Source: Parcubacteria group bacterium
Lineage (GTDB): Bacteria; Patescibacteriota; Patescibacteriia; UBA2169
Assembly (NCBI GenBank): GCA_016181765.1
Contig: JACOYR010000004.1
Span: 35,320-99,319, forward strand
Reading direction: 5' to 3'
DNA: 64,000 nucleotides
Positions 37,560 to 46,984 of this stretch are shown here, one piece after another. A model generated the notes under the pieces. It was not told where the DNA came from and made no database searches. It saw nothing but the letters and a program-made list of their open reading frames with translations. Made by a program: the position numbers and the translations under genes. The number at the start of each line of letters is the position of its first letter. Position 1 is the first letter of the stretch.

Positions 37560-37600
37560 ACCACCCCCTTGCCCCCTCCTTAAAATAAAAGGAGGGGGAA
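37560..37600. repeat. family B hairpin
   Basis: ACCACCCCCTTGCCCCCTCCTTAAAATAAAAGGAGGGGGAA. Confidence 0.8.
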
Positions 37601-37617
37601 CGCGAAAGTAAAATAAA

Positions 37618-39384
37618 ATGCTCTCCGATAAAAAAACAAAAGAAATACTGGAACAAAACAATCTCCTTGAGGCAAGCGAAGTTGCCAAGTACCAGGAAGA
37701 GGCGGAAAAGAAGAATCTTCAGCTGGATGACTACCTGCTCCAGGCAGGGGTCGTGACCGAAGACATCCTCTACAGCGCGGTCGCAACCACGCACCAGGCG
37801 CCGTTTGTGAACCTCAAGGACCAGGCCATTGATAAGGATGTCCTGTTTTTGATACCCGAGCCCATTGCCACCACCTACCACATCATCGCGTTCGCGAAGA
37901 CGGATAAGGACATTTCGGTTGCCATGATTGACCCGGATGACGTGCAGACCATTGAGTTCATCCAGCGCAAAACGAGCCTGCCCGTAAAAGTGCACATCGC
38001 GACCCCGAGCGCCATTGCCGAGGCTGCCAAAGCCTACCACCAGAGCCTGGAAACCGAGCTTGCGGGCATCAACAAAAAAACCGGCGGAATCGGAGTGGGC
38101 GCGGAACTGCCGGAGAAGGATGAAAACGGCAAACCCAAGGACTTGGAAAACCTGGCCCGGGACGTGCCCGTGATCCGCGTGGTGGACACTTTGCTTGAGT
38201 ACGCAATTTTTGAAGGGGCCTCGGACATCCACATAGAGCCCGGCGAAATCAACCTGCTCATCCGGTTCAGGATTGACGGAATCCTGCGCGAGGTCATGAA
38301 TCTGCCGCGCGCGCTCGCGGACGGGATTGTGGCGCGCATCAAAATCCTCTCCAACTTAAAGCTTGACGAGCACCGGCTCCCCCAGGACGGCAGGTTTAAG
38401 ATTGAAACCAAAGACTACAAAATATCGTTCCGCGTGTCCATCATCCCGGTGTTTGACGGGGAAAAGGTGGTGATGCGCTTGCTGGATGAGGGAAAGAAAA
38501 TGCTTGATTTGCCCGCGCTCGGGTTGAATGACCAGGCCCTGGAACTCGTAAAGCAGAACATTGCAAAGCCGCACGGCATGATTCTCGTGACCGGGCCAAC
38601 CGGCTCCGGCAAGACGACCACCTTGTACACCATGATGCACATTTTGAATACCCCGAAGGTGAACATCTCAACCATTGAGGACCCCATTGAGTACCGCATG
38701 CCCCGCATCAACCAGTCCCAGGTAAACCCCAAGATTGAATTCACGTTCGCGCGCGGGCTTCGCGCACTGTTGCGGCAGGACCCAAACATCATCATGGTCG
38801 GCGAGATTCGCGACTCGGAGACCGCGAACATTGCCGTGAACGCGGCCATGACCGGGCATTTGGTGCTCTCCACCTTGCACACCAATGACGCGCCCACCAC
38901 GCTCCCCCGCTTGGTTGACATGGGTATTGAGCCGTTCCTGGTTTCAACCACCGTAAACGTGATCATGGCCCAGCGGTTGGTGCGCAAGCTCTGCAAGCAC
39001 TGCCTCACCAGCTACACCATGACTGCTGATGAGGTGAAGAGGCTGGAAAAGGACCACGGCATTAACCTGGCAACACTCATGGCGCTCGTGTCCAAGGCAG
39101 AGGGAGACCAAACGGGCGCCGAAGACGTCGGGGCCATCCTGTTCTTTAAGGGCAAGGGCTGCAACAAATGCGGGGGACAAGGCTACAAGGGCAGAATCGG
39201 GATTTACGAAGTCCTGCCCATGACCGATTCCATGAAGCACCTGGTGTCAAGCGGGGCCACTTCCCAAGAGATCCATGACGAAGCGCGCAAAGCAGGCATG
39301 ATCACCATCCTGGAAGACGGGTTCTTGAAAGCCAAGCAGGGCATTACGAGCATTGAGGAAGTGTTGAGGGTCACTAAAGAGTAA
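37618..39384 (+). CDS. pilB: type IV pilus assembly ATPase (PilB/GspE)
   Basis: ASDIHIEP, GPTGSGKTTT, LRQDP, GHLVLSTLHTN, CxxC...CxxC. Confidence 0.95.
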   Translation: MLSDKKTKEILEQNNLLEASEVAKYQEEAEKKNLQLDDYLLQAGVVTEDILYSAVATTHQAPFVNLKDQAIDKDVLFLIPEPIATTYHIIAFAKTDKDISVAMIDPDDVQTIEFIQRKTSLPVKVHIATPSAIAEAAKAYHQSLETELAGINKKTGGIGVGAELPEKDENGKPKDLENLARDVPVIRVVDTLLEYAIFEGASDIHIEPGEINLLIRFRIDGILREVMNLPRALADGIVARIKILSNLKLDEHRLPQDGRFKIETKDYKISFRVSIIPVFDGEKVVMRLLDEGKKMLDLPALGLNDQALELVKQNIAKPHGMILVTGPTGSGKTTTLYTMMHILNTPKVNISTIEDPIEYRMPRINQSQVNPKIEFTFARGLRALLRQDPNIIMVGEIRDSETANIAVNAAMTGHLVLSTLHTNDAPTTLPRLVDMGIEPFLVSTTVNVIMAQRLVRKLCKHCLTSYTMTADEVKRLEKDHGINLATLMALVSKAEGDQTGAEDVGAILFFKGKGCNKCGGQGYKGRIGIYEVLPMTDSMKHLVSSGATSQEIHDEARKAGMITILEDGFLKAKQGITSIEEVLRVTKE

Positions 39385-39388
39385 GCTG

Positions 39389-40591
39389 ATGGAAGAACAA
39401 ACAACCACTGAAAATGCGCCCTTGAAAACCGGCGCGCACAAGAAGATTGAGCAGAATTCCGGAACGTCCACCGGAGCTTTTGAAGCGCTTGAGCAAAAGA
39501 TTTTAAATCCCCAGGGAATCAACGCCAAGTTTGACAAGTGGACTGATTTCGCGCGCGCGGTCAAGGAAGAAGAAAAAATATTCTTTACCCAGAATTTGGG
39601 AGTGATGTTAAAGAGCGGCCTCTCCGCTTCGCGCGCCCTGCGGACCTTGACCCTGCAGTCATCCAACCCCAAGTTCCAACGCGCTCTGGCTGTGATTACG
39701 CGCTCCGTGGAAAAAGGCCAGCCCATCGCGACTGCCATGGAAGCGTACACCAGCATATTTCCCCCGATATTCGTAAACATGATACGCGCCGGGGAGAAAT
39801 CCGGCCAGCTGGAGCGCGTATTGAAAGAGCTCACCAACCAGCTCAAGCGCTCGCACGAATTGCGCGCCAAAGTAAAAGGCGCCATGATGTACCCGGTGGT
39901 GGTGATGGTGGCAATGATCCTGATCGGCGCGGGCATGCTGGTGTTCGTGATTCCAAAACTGCTCGGCATCTTTAAGGAGGTGAATGCGGAACTGCCCTTG
40001 CCCACCCAAATCCTGATTACCGTAAGCACTGCGCTGAATGAGCACATCCTCATTTACGGGCCCGCGTTTGTCCTCTCGGTTGGGGCGTTGATATACGCGA
40101 CCCGGAAAGGGCCGGGCCAGCGCATATGGCACTCAATGATTTTGCGCATGCCCGTGATTTCAAAAATCGCGGTCAAAATCAATCTCGCCAAAATCGCGCG
40201 CACCCTGGGGTCTTTGATGGCAACGGACATGCCGGTTGTTGATTCGTTGAAATTAACCGGCGGCGTGGTATCAAACATTCACTACCGCCTGTCCTTGGCG
40301 GCGGTTGCCGGCGAGGTGGAAAAGGGCAAAACAATCTCCTCGGAGCTTGGCAATTTCAGCAAGCTCTACCCCCCGGTTGCCCAGCAGATGATACAGGTGG
40401 GCGAGGAAACCGGGGAAATCGGGAATATCCTGATACAGCTCGCGGAGTTCTACGAGGAAGACGTCAAGCAGACCATGGAATCCCTGCCCACCATCATTGA
40501 ACCGATTATGATATTAATCCTCGGGGGGGCCGTGGGAGGCATGGCAATCGCGGTCATCATGCCCATGTTCTCTTTAGCAAATGCTGTGTAG
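39389..40591 (+). CDS. pilC: type IV pilus platform protein (PilC/GspF)
   Basis: AGEKSGQL, AMMYP, VGEETG, IEP. Confidence 0.94.
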   Translation: MEEQTTTENAPLKTGAHKKIEQNSGTSTGAFEALEQKILNPQGINAKFDKWTDFARAVKEEEKIFFTQNLGVMLKSGLSASRALRTLTLQSSNPKFQRALAVITRSVEKGQPIATAMEAYTSIFPPIFVNMIRAGEKSGQLERVLKELTNQLKRSHELRAKVKGAMMYPVVVMVAMILIGAGMLVFVIPKLLGIFKEVNAELPLPTQILITVSTALNEHILIYGPAFVLSVGALIYATRKGPGQRIWHSMILRMPVISKIAVKINLAKIARTLGSLMATDMPVVDSLKLTGGVVSNIHYRLSLAAVAGEVEKGKTISSELGNFSKLYPPVAQQMIQVGEETGEIGNILIQLAEFYEEDVKQTMESLPTIIEPIMILILGGAVGGMAIAVIMPMFSLANAV

Positions 40592-40621
40592 AGCCAAAGG
40601 GTTTGCAGGGGGCGCCATTTA

Positions 40622-41074
40622 ATGCAAAAATTCAAAAATAAGTTTAAGGCGCTCACGCTGATTGAACTTTTGGCGGTGATTGCAATCATGGGTGTGCTCG
40701 CTTCAATAAGCGCGGGCTTTATCCGCGCGTACCAGCCCAACATTAAGCTGTACACGGAAACACGGCAGCTGCACGAGGCCCTGGAGGAAGCGCGTTCGCG
40801 CACCATCGCGGAACAGCAGGCGTACGGGGTCAGATTTTTCCGGGAACAGGGCCGGTACGAGCTCGTAAGCCTGGAGGGAGCCGGCACGGTGATTGGCGCC
40901 TACACCCTGCCCAATGAAGTATGGTTCGCAAGCATTGCGGCGTTTGAAAATGATACGGCCCAATTCAACAAAGCAGGGGCTGCGCGCGAATCCGGGGACG
41001 TGGCGCTCCAAAATTCAAACAGCGACCAGCGCACCGTATCCATCAACCCTTCGGGGTACATAGAAACCAAATAA
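40622..41074 (+). CDS. minor pilin (FimT/GspH-like)
   Basis: KA|LTLIELLAVIAI prepilin motif. Confidence 0.85.
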   Translation: MQKFKNKFKALTLIELLAVIAIMGVLASISAGFIRAYQPNIKLYTETRQLHEALEEARSRTIAEQQAYGVRFFREQGRYELVSLEGAGTVIGAYTLPNEVWFASIAAFENDTAQFNKAGAARESGDVALQNSNSDQRTVSINPSGYIETK

Positions 41075-41075
41075 C

Positions 41076-41498
41076 ATGAAACGCGCGCGCGACAACAGAG
41101 GCATAACATTAGTTGAAGTGCTCATCAGCATGGCCGTGCTCTCAATCGGCATCCTGGGCTTGCTCCAGGCGTTTCCGCTCGCAACCAGAACCGAGCGCTC
41201 TTTGGAAATGGAGGCCATAGCAAACCACTTGGCGCAGGAAAAGATGGAATCGTTCCAGGCGCTTGCGTATGAGGACATTGCGATTGGTACGCTTGAGAGC
41301 GGCGTGGCTGCGGACGCGGACATCACGAGCCCATTCTACATCTTTACCCGCACCACCACCGTGGCCTATGTGGACCAAAACCTCGCAACCAGCCAAACCG
41401 ACCTGGATCTCAAGCGCATCAGCATCACCATTTCCTGGCCCCGGCCTTCGGGAGCCGGCACCAGCACCACTTCGCTCGTAACGTTACGGAGCAAATAA
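41076..41498 (+). CDS. minor pilin (PilV-like)
   Basis: RG|ITLVEVLISMAVL; LAQEKME. Confidence 0.85.
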   Translation: MKRARDNRGITLVEVLISMAVLSIGILGLLQAFPLATRTERSLEMEAIANHLAQEKMESFQALAYEDIAIGTLESGVAADADITSPFYIFTRTTTVAYVDQNLATSQTDLDLKRISITISWPRPSGAGTSTTSLVTLRSK

Positions 41499-41499
41499 C

Positions 41500-42060
41500 A
41501 TGAAATCACAGGGCGGATTTACGCTGTTTGAAACCCTCATCGCCATGACCATTGGCGTGACGCTCTTGGGCTTGCTGTTTTCCATCTACAGCCTCTCAAC
41601 CAAGTCCCTCTCTCTCGGCCAGGCCCGGGCAGAGTTGACCCAGACTTCCCGCAGCGTGATAGAGCGCATCACCCGCGACGTCCGCGAAACGCAGAGCCTC
41701 GCATCTCCCCTTCCGCCGGACGCCGATGACCCGGGGAATCCTCCTGTATCCGAACTGCAGATGGAAGACGGGCACGCAGGGACTCTGCAATATATCCGCT
41801 ATTACCTGGACGGCGCAAATGTGGGCCGCCAAACCGTGCAGTACTACTTTATGGAAGAGCCGGAGATTTTGGTGCCGTACAACGCGGAAGACGAGCTCGG
41901 CAATCCGCCGGTGGTGAATATTATTGAAGACAATGTGGTGGGCCAGTATGTGAACAGCATGCTATTCTACGGCCAGAACCCGATATACGTTGAGCTTGAG
42001 CTTGAAAAAAACGCAGTCACGCACGCCACGCGCACCACGCTCTATGGAAGAAACCTCTAA
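41500..42060 (+). CDS. minor pilin (PilW-like)
   Basis: GG|FTLFETLIAM; ITRDVR. Confidence 0.85.
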   Translation: MKSQGGFTLFETLIAMTIGVTLLGLLFSIYSLSTKSLSLGQARAELTQTSRSVIERITRDVRETQSLASPLPPDADDPGNPPVSELQMEDGHAGTLQYIRYYLDGANVGRQTVQYYFMEEPEILVPYNAEDELGNPPVVNIIEDNVVGQYVNSMLFYGQNPIYVELELEKNAVTHATRTTLYGRNL

Positions 42061-43261
42061 CACCAAACAAAAAGGCTTCCTCTTGATAGCTTCCCTGTTC
42101 GTGCTCTCAACCATGATGGTGATAGTCGGCTTTTACGTGTCCTCGGTAACACAGGAGGTGAAAGTCGCCTCAATCGTTGATACCGCGCCCCAGGCATACT
42201 ACCTGGCCGAAGCAGGGATTGTGGACGCGCGCTGGAAGCTTTCCAATGACGCGGCGTACAAAACGAACTTTGAGACAAACCCTTCGTGGAGCACGTCTTT
42301 TACGCGCACTGACGCGCTCATTCCCGGAGCCTCGTACGCCGTGAGCATAGAGAACAGCGGGCTCGCGAATGCCGTGATTACCGCAACCTCAACCGTGTCC
42401 GTGCGCGACACGCAAACCCAGCGCGTGGTGCGCGCGAACGCGTTTAAGGCCTTAAACGACACCCCGACCGCGGGCATTGCCGTGTACGCGAAAGGCGAAC
42501 TCTACGGAGCCGGCTCAAACGTTTCCGCAATCGGAGGTGATTTTTATGCGGGAAGCGAGATTGACTTGAATTTGTTCAGCTCCTGGACAACGGATGGGGA
42601 CGCCTTGTCAGCCGGCACGATTGACGTAAGCATTACCTCGGACCTTTCTGCAACCGGCGTGTATGACCAGGGCAATCCGCCCATTCCCGGATACATAGAC
42701 ATGCCGCAGATTGATTTTGACTCAAGCGACCCAAGCTCGTTCAAATCACGGGCAAACCAGACCTACAATACCGGAGAGTGGAACCAGCTCTTGCGCGATT
42801 TTCCGGTTTTGACTCTTGAGGGCATCACGTATGTGACCGGCAACGCGGAAATCAAAAAAGGCACCGCCCTCACCATCAACGGAATACTCGTGGCGGACGG
42901 ATCCATCAAGATCGGAAACGGCTACTCGTCCCAGCAGGACCCGGCCCGCGTGATCGTGAATAAAACACCGGGCGAGCCCTCGGGCCTCATTGCCAAGAAT
43001 GACATAGACATCGGGGGATACAGCTCGGACATAGACGTCGCGGGCCTCATCTACGCGGGCTCGCGGCTGCGCGTGCTGGACGGCATGACCCAGAACGTCA
43101 CGCTGGACGTTGCCGGCGGCATTGTGGCGCAGAACGTTGAGGTCCTGGTTGCCTGGCAGCCCCTGACCGTGACCTTTGACCAGGCCGCGGTGAGCGACGC
43201 GCTCGGAGAGCCCTTGTTCTCGCAGGTCATTATCACGGACCATTGGGAGGAAGAGTACTAA
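42044..43261 (+). CDS. PilX-like pilin with beta-helix-like C-terminus
   Basis: KG|FLLIASL lacking E5; QAYYLAEAG; ends WEEEY. Confidence 0.82.
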   Translation: MEETSNTKQKGFLLIASLFVLSTMMVIVGFYVSSVTQEVKVASIVDTAPQAYYLAEAGIVDARWKLSNDAAYKTNFETNPSWSTSFTRTDALIPGASYAVSIENSGLANAVITATSTVSVRDTQTQRVVRANAFKALNDTPTAGIAVYAKGELYGAGSNVSAIGGDFYAGSEIDLNLFSSWTTDGDALSAGTIDVSITSDLSATGVYDQGNPPIPGYIDMPQIDFDSSDPSSFKSRANQTYNTGEWNQLLRDFPVLTLEGITYVTGNAEIKKGTALTINGILVADGSIKIGNGYSSQQDPARVIVNKTPGEPSGLIAKNDIDIGGYSSDIDVAGLIYAGSRLRVLDGMTQNVTLDVAGGIVAQNVEVLVAWQPLTVTFDQAAVSDALGEPLFSQVIITDHWEEEY

Positions 43262-43281
43262 GTATGGTATCATACGAATGA

Positions 43282-43368
43282 AGGTGTGCAGGCGATGTAA
43301 ATTTTTTTGCGAGAATGATGGAGCGAAGCGACCCTTCGGAGTAAAAAAATTTACATCGCCGAACACCT
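43282..43368. repeat. long intergenic inverted repeat
   Basis: Perfect 18-bp stem GGCGATGTAAATTTTTTT (43291-43308) / AAAAAAATTTACATCGCC (43343-43360); loop contains GAGCGAAGCGA. Confidence 0.85.
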
Positions 43369-43374
43369 GATACT

Positions 43375-44418
43375 ATGGACATTCTCACAGATACATTTGA
43401 CGCATTCGGGCTGGACATAGGCGACCGGTCCCTCAAAGCCGTGCACCTTGCGGGCCGCGGCAAAAACATCCGGGTGCGCACGCACGGCTCTTGCGAGGTG
43501 CCCAAGGGCGTGTTTGAGAAGGGAACATTGGTTGCGCCGGACAAGCTGTGCGCGTCCCTGCGCGCCCTGCTTGCATCATGCGCCCCGAAAAAAATCAAAA
43601 CCCGCTACGTGCACGCCTGTTTGCCGGAAACCCACACCTTCATCAAGCTCCTTGAGTTTTCGGATGTTTCGGGGCCGGAGCTCGGCGCGCGGGTGCGGGA
43701 GGAACTGCCGAGCCACGTTCCGCTGGATATTGATGACGCGTACATTGACTGGACCGTGGTGGGAACCACGGATCAAGGCGGCCTCCGCGTGCTCGCCGGG
43801 GCCATTCCCAAGCAAACGTCAGACTCCTACACCAACGCGCTACGGGCATGCGGGCTCATTCCCCTCTCCTTGCAGGTGGAGGCCCAGGCAATCGTGCGGG
43901 CGCTGGTTGACCGGAACGCGCCCCTGCAGGGGCCGCTCGCCATTGTGGACATCGGCGCCACGCGCTCAAGCTTTATACTGTACGACCGGGGCTCAATCCA
44001 GTTCACGGTGAGCATCCCCTCATCCGGCGAAGATGCGACCGAAGCAATCGCGTCCAAATTATCTATTTCCTACGAAGAAGCCGAGAACGCCAAGCGCACC
44101 ATGGGCCTGGATCCAGGATTAGGAGAGGGAACCGTGGCTAAAATCCTTGCCCCTATGGCGCTCTCCCTCACAAGCGCTATACAAAAAAACTGCATGTTCT
44201 ACGGGGAGCACTTTCCGGGGACTCAACCGGTTGCGGGCATTCTCTTGTGCGGGGGCGGGGCGGCCATGCCCGGATTTTTGGGCACGCTCTCGGATACCAT
44301 GCCCGGCATTGCCATTGCCCACGGCAACCCCGTTCTGCACGTGGCAGGCGGGGAAGAAGCGGGGCTCGGGCTCTCGCACACCACGGCAATCGGCTTGGCT
44401 TTGACACAGCTCATCTGA
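43375..44418 (+). CDS. pilM: type IV pilus assembly protein PilM
   Basis: FGLDIGDRSLK, VDIGATRS, LCGGGA, TAIGLA. Confidence 0.92.
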   Translation: MDILTDTFDAFGLDIGDRSLKAVHLAGRGKNIRVRTHGSCEVPKGVFEKGTLVAPDKLCASLRALLASCAPKKIKTRYVHACLPETHTFIKLLEFSDVSGPELGARVREELPSHVPLDIDDAYIDWTVVGTTDQGGLRVLAGAIPKQTSDSYTNALRACGLIPLSLQVEAQAIVRALVDRNAPLQGPLAIVDIGATRSSFILYDRGSIQFTVSIPSSGEDATEAIASKLSISYEEAENAKRTMGLDPGLGEGTVAKILAPMALSLTSAIQKNCMFYGEHFPGTQPVAGILLCGGGAAMPGFLGTLSDTMPGIAIAHGNPVLHVAGGEEAGLGLSHTTAIGLALTQLI

Positions 44419-44419
44419 C

Positions 44420-44977
44420 ATGCGCCAACCCTACCTCAACTTAATTCCGGAAGCGCACAAGCTCGTGCTGGCGCGCGAGCGCATGTTCTACTTTGTGCAC
44501 ACCATTGTCGGGATACTCGTGGTGGCGCTTGCCGCAAACAGCATCCTCCTCATCCTCGCCCGCTTTATCCTGGTAGACTACGCAAACCAGCTGAAAGACG
44601 ACACGTCGCTGGTTTCGGTGCGGCACTCCAGCTTGCACAAGGAAGTCCAGCGCATCAACCGCGCGCTTTCGGACACTGCCCAGGTCCAGGCCAATTTCGT
44701 GAAATACAGCGATCTGCTCTCGGATGTGGCGGTACTCCTGGGAAACGGCGTCACCATTGACTTTTTGCACGTAAACACGGATGCAAACACCTTGCGCGTG
44801 ACCGGAACTGCCCAAAACCGCGAGGCGCTGGTTCGCGCGCAGGACGCCCTCAAATCCCTGCCCGGCGTGGTTTCACTGGATTCACCGCTTGAGAATTTCC
44901 TTGAGCGCGAAAACATCAGCTTCCGGTTCAATGCGGTGCTTTTGGACAACATTTACCATAATCCCCCGGCCGAATAG
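44420..44977 (+). CDS. pilN: PilN-like protein
   Basis: LNLIP motif, single TM, follows pilM. Confidence 0.8.
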   Translation: MRQPYLNLIPEAHKLVLARERMFYFVHTIVGILVVALAANSILLILARFILVDYANQLKDDTSLVSVRHSSLHKEVQRINRALSDTAQVQANFVKYSDLLSDVAVLLGNGVTIDFLHVNTDANTLRVTGTAQNREALVRAQDALKSLPGVVSLDSPLENFLERENISFRFNAVLLDNIYHNPPAE

Positions 44978-44980
44978 CCT

Positions 44981-45538
44981 ATGCGAGGACTTCTGAAAAA
45001 CCGATTCATGATATCAACCATTGCGTTCGCCCTGCTCCTGGTGGCGCTCGCAGCGCTCATCATATTCCCCTCGTACCGCGAAATCAAGGTCATCAACCAG
45101 CAAGTCCTGGAGGAGCGCATGAGGCTGGAAAAACTCTACACCCAGGGGCAATTGCAGAAGGCGGTGCAGCAGAACTATGAATCAATCAAACAGGAGATCG
45201 GGTTCCTGGATGAGGTCATGCTCGCTGAACGCGAAGAGCTCGCCTACATCACGGCCGTGGAACGCGTTGCCGAAGAGGCGGGGGTTGAGCTTGACCTCGC
45301 AATCGGGGATGCAAAGCGCGTGCCGGACCAGCGCTTCTCGGAACTCGGATTCACGCTTACGGCGCGGGGCGATTGGGAACAGCTGGTGCGCTTTGTCGGG
45401 CGCTTGGAGTCACTGCCCTACTACACGAACATTTCCGAAATGACCACAAGCGCGCGCGAGAACGAGCCCGGCGCGAGCAGGCACGCGGCCATGACCATTG
45501 GAGCCGCCACGTACTGGAGGATTCCGTCCATTCAATGA
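44981..45538 (+). CDS. pilO: PilO-like protein
   Basis: N-terminal TM, coiled coil, G...L..F...LESLP. Confidence 0.78.
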   Translation: MRGLLKNRFMISTIAFALLLVALAALIIFPSYREIKVINQQVLEERMRLEKLYTQGQLQKAVQQNYESIKQEIGFLDEVMLAEREELAYITAVERVAEEAGVELDLAIGDAKRVPDQRFSELGFTLTARGDWEQLVRFVGRLESLPYYTNISEMTTSARENEPGASRHAAMTIGAATYWRIPSIQ

Positions 45539-45545
45539 TACCCGC

Positions 45546-45911
45546 ATGAATCTCCCTTTTTTGCACAAACGAAACACAACCGCGGCCCCCGGCGATTTGG
45601 ACAAGCTCCACGCGGTGCGGCTTGGGGTGATTACTGTAATCGCGCTCTTGCTCGCGAGCGTGTTGGTGTTTTTGTACCGCGACTTTTACCAGACCATTGT
45701 CCAGGCAAAACAAGTAATCGTGCTCAAGCAGGAGGTGGCCCTGGAGAACATTGACCTGAAGCTCTGGAACAGCGTGTCCGCAATCCATAAGTACAAAATA
45801 GCGCCTCAAGCGGCCGGACCCATTGCTGACCCGTTTAAGACGGTCACCATTCCCGCCCCCGAGCCCCCGAGCCAGGCCGAACCTGGGGCGGGCGCGTCCG
45901 ATGCGCTATGA
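45546..45911 (+). CDS. single-TM pilus-associated protein
   Basis: TM plus DPF motif, following pilO. Confidence 0.6.
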   Translation: MNLPFLHKRNTTAAPGDLDKLHAVRLGVITVIALLLASVLVFLYRDFYQTIVQAKQVIVLKQEVALENIDLKLWNSVSAIHKYKIAPQAAGPIADPFKTVTIPAPEPPSQAEPGAGASDAL

Positions 45912-46849
45912 TGAACAACGTGCACAAAACTGAATTCAGCGCATTCACCTGGCACAACGTGACTGACAACGGGGAACAGGAGATCCGGTATCTGCGGGAT
46001 AAGTTTGGCTTTGAATCCGCTGACTTGCAGGTGGTGGCAAGCCCCCCGCTGCGGCCCAAGCTTGACCTGAACCCCGCGTACCTCTTTATCGTGCTCCCCT
46101 ATCCGGTGCACGAGCGCAAGACCAGTGTGGTCACCACGAGCGAGTTGGACCTGTTTCTGATGAAGAACGCGGTAGTCACGGTGCATAAAAATGAAATCCA
46201 GGCCCTGCGGGACATAAGCCAGCGCATGGAGGCGGAGCCGCGGTTTCGGGAAAAGTACAGCCGCGCGAACCCGCTCAAGTTCACGCTGGACATGATAGAA
46301 ACCCTTGATCTTTCGCTCTACCCCATGCTTGACCACTTCTCCTGGGACATAGACGCCATAGACAAAATTCTCTTCACGGGCCGCGAACGCGAGCTCGTGG
46401 GCTCAATCCTCGCCATCAAGCGCAACATCGTGGCCGTGCGCAAATCCCTGGGCGGCCAGAAAGACGTAATTGAAGAAATGCAGGAGCACGCCAAAGAGTA
46501 CGTGGGCGCCAAAGCCCTGGACCGCGCCACGGAAGCGCAGTTCAGGAACATCAGAAACCTCTCAAAAGACCTGTGGGTGCAGATGGAGAACCATATGGCA
46601 ACCATTGGCGCGCTCCAGCAGACCAACGAATCCTTGATTTCGTTCCGCTTAAACGACATCATGAAGACGCTCACCATGCTCTCGTTGGTTGTGTTTCCCT
46701 TAACGCTCCTCGCCGCAATCTTCGGCATGAACACCACCGGCGGCATGCCGTTTGTGGAAAGCATGGGCGGGTTCTGGCGGGTCATCGCAATCATGCTCTC
46801 GGGCATGCTCTTTATGCTCTACTGGTTCAAGCGGCATCGGTGGATATAA
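45908..46849 (+). CDS. corA: CorA-family Mg2+ transporter
   Basis: MKTLT...IFGMN signature, two C-terminal TM segments. Confidence 0.92.
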   Translation: MMNNVHKTEFSAFTWHNVTDNGEQEIRYLRDKFGFESADLQVVASPPLRPKLDLNPAYLFIVLPYPVHERKTSVVTTSELDLFLMKNAVVTVHKNEIQALRDISQRMEAEPRFREKYSRANPLKFTLDMIETLDLSLYPMLDHFSWDIDAIDKILFTGRERELVGSILAIKRNIVAVRKSLGGQKDVIEEMQEHAKEYVGAKALDRATEAQFRNIRNLSKDLWVQMENHMATIGALQQTNESLISFRLNDIMKTLTMLSLVVFPLTLLAAIFGMNTTGGMPFVESMGGFWRVIAIMLSGMLFMLYWFKRHRWI

Positions 46850-46900
46850 AAAGAACCCTCCCAAGACTCCAGCGCGCTGGCCGAAATCTTGAGAGGGTCC
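46848..46900. terminator. hairpin between convergent corA and the tubulin-like gene
   Basis: ACCCTCCCAAGA...TCTTGAGAGGGT with an A run on the left. Confidence 0.55.
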
Positions 46901-46984
46901 GTACAAAGGACTACGTACTGAAGAGCGATGCCTCCTTTCTGCGGGGGCGTTGTTGATGTTGGTGTATGTTGAGGTGTCGGTGAG

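Noticed and set aside
37330-37600. Possible CRISPR array
   Set aside because: Only two hairpin copies plus short motifs; no regular repeat-spacer period and no cas genes.
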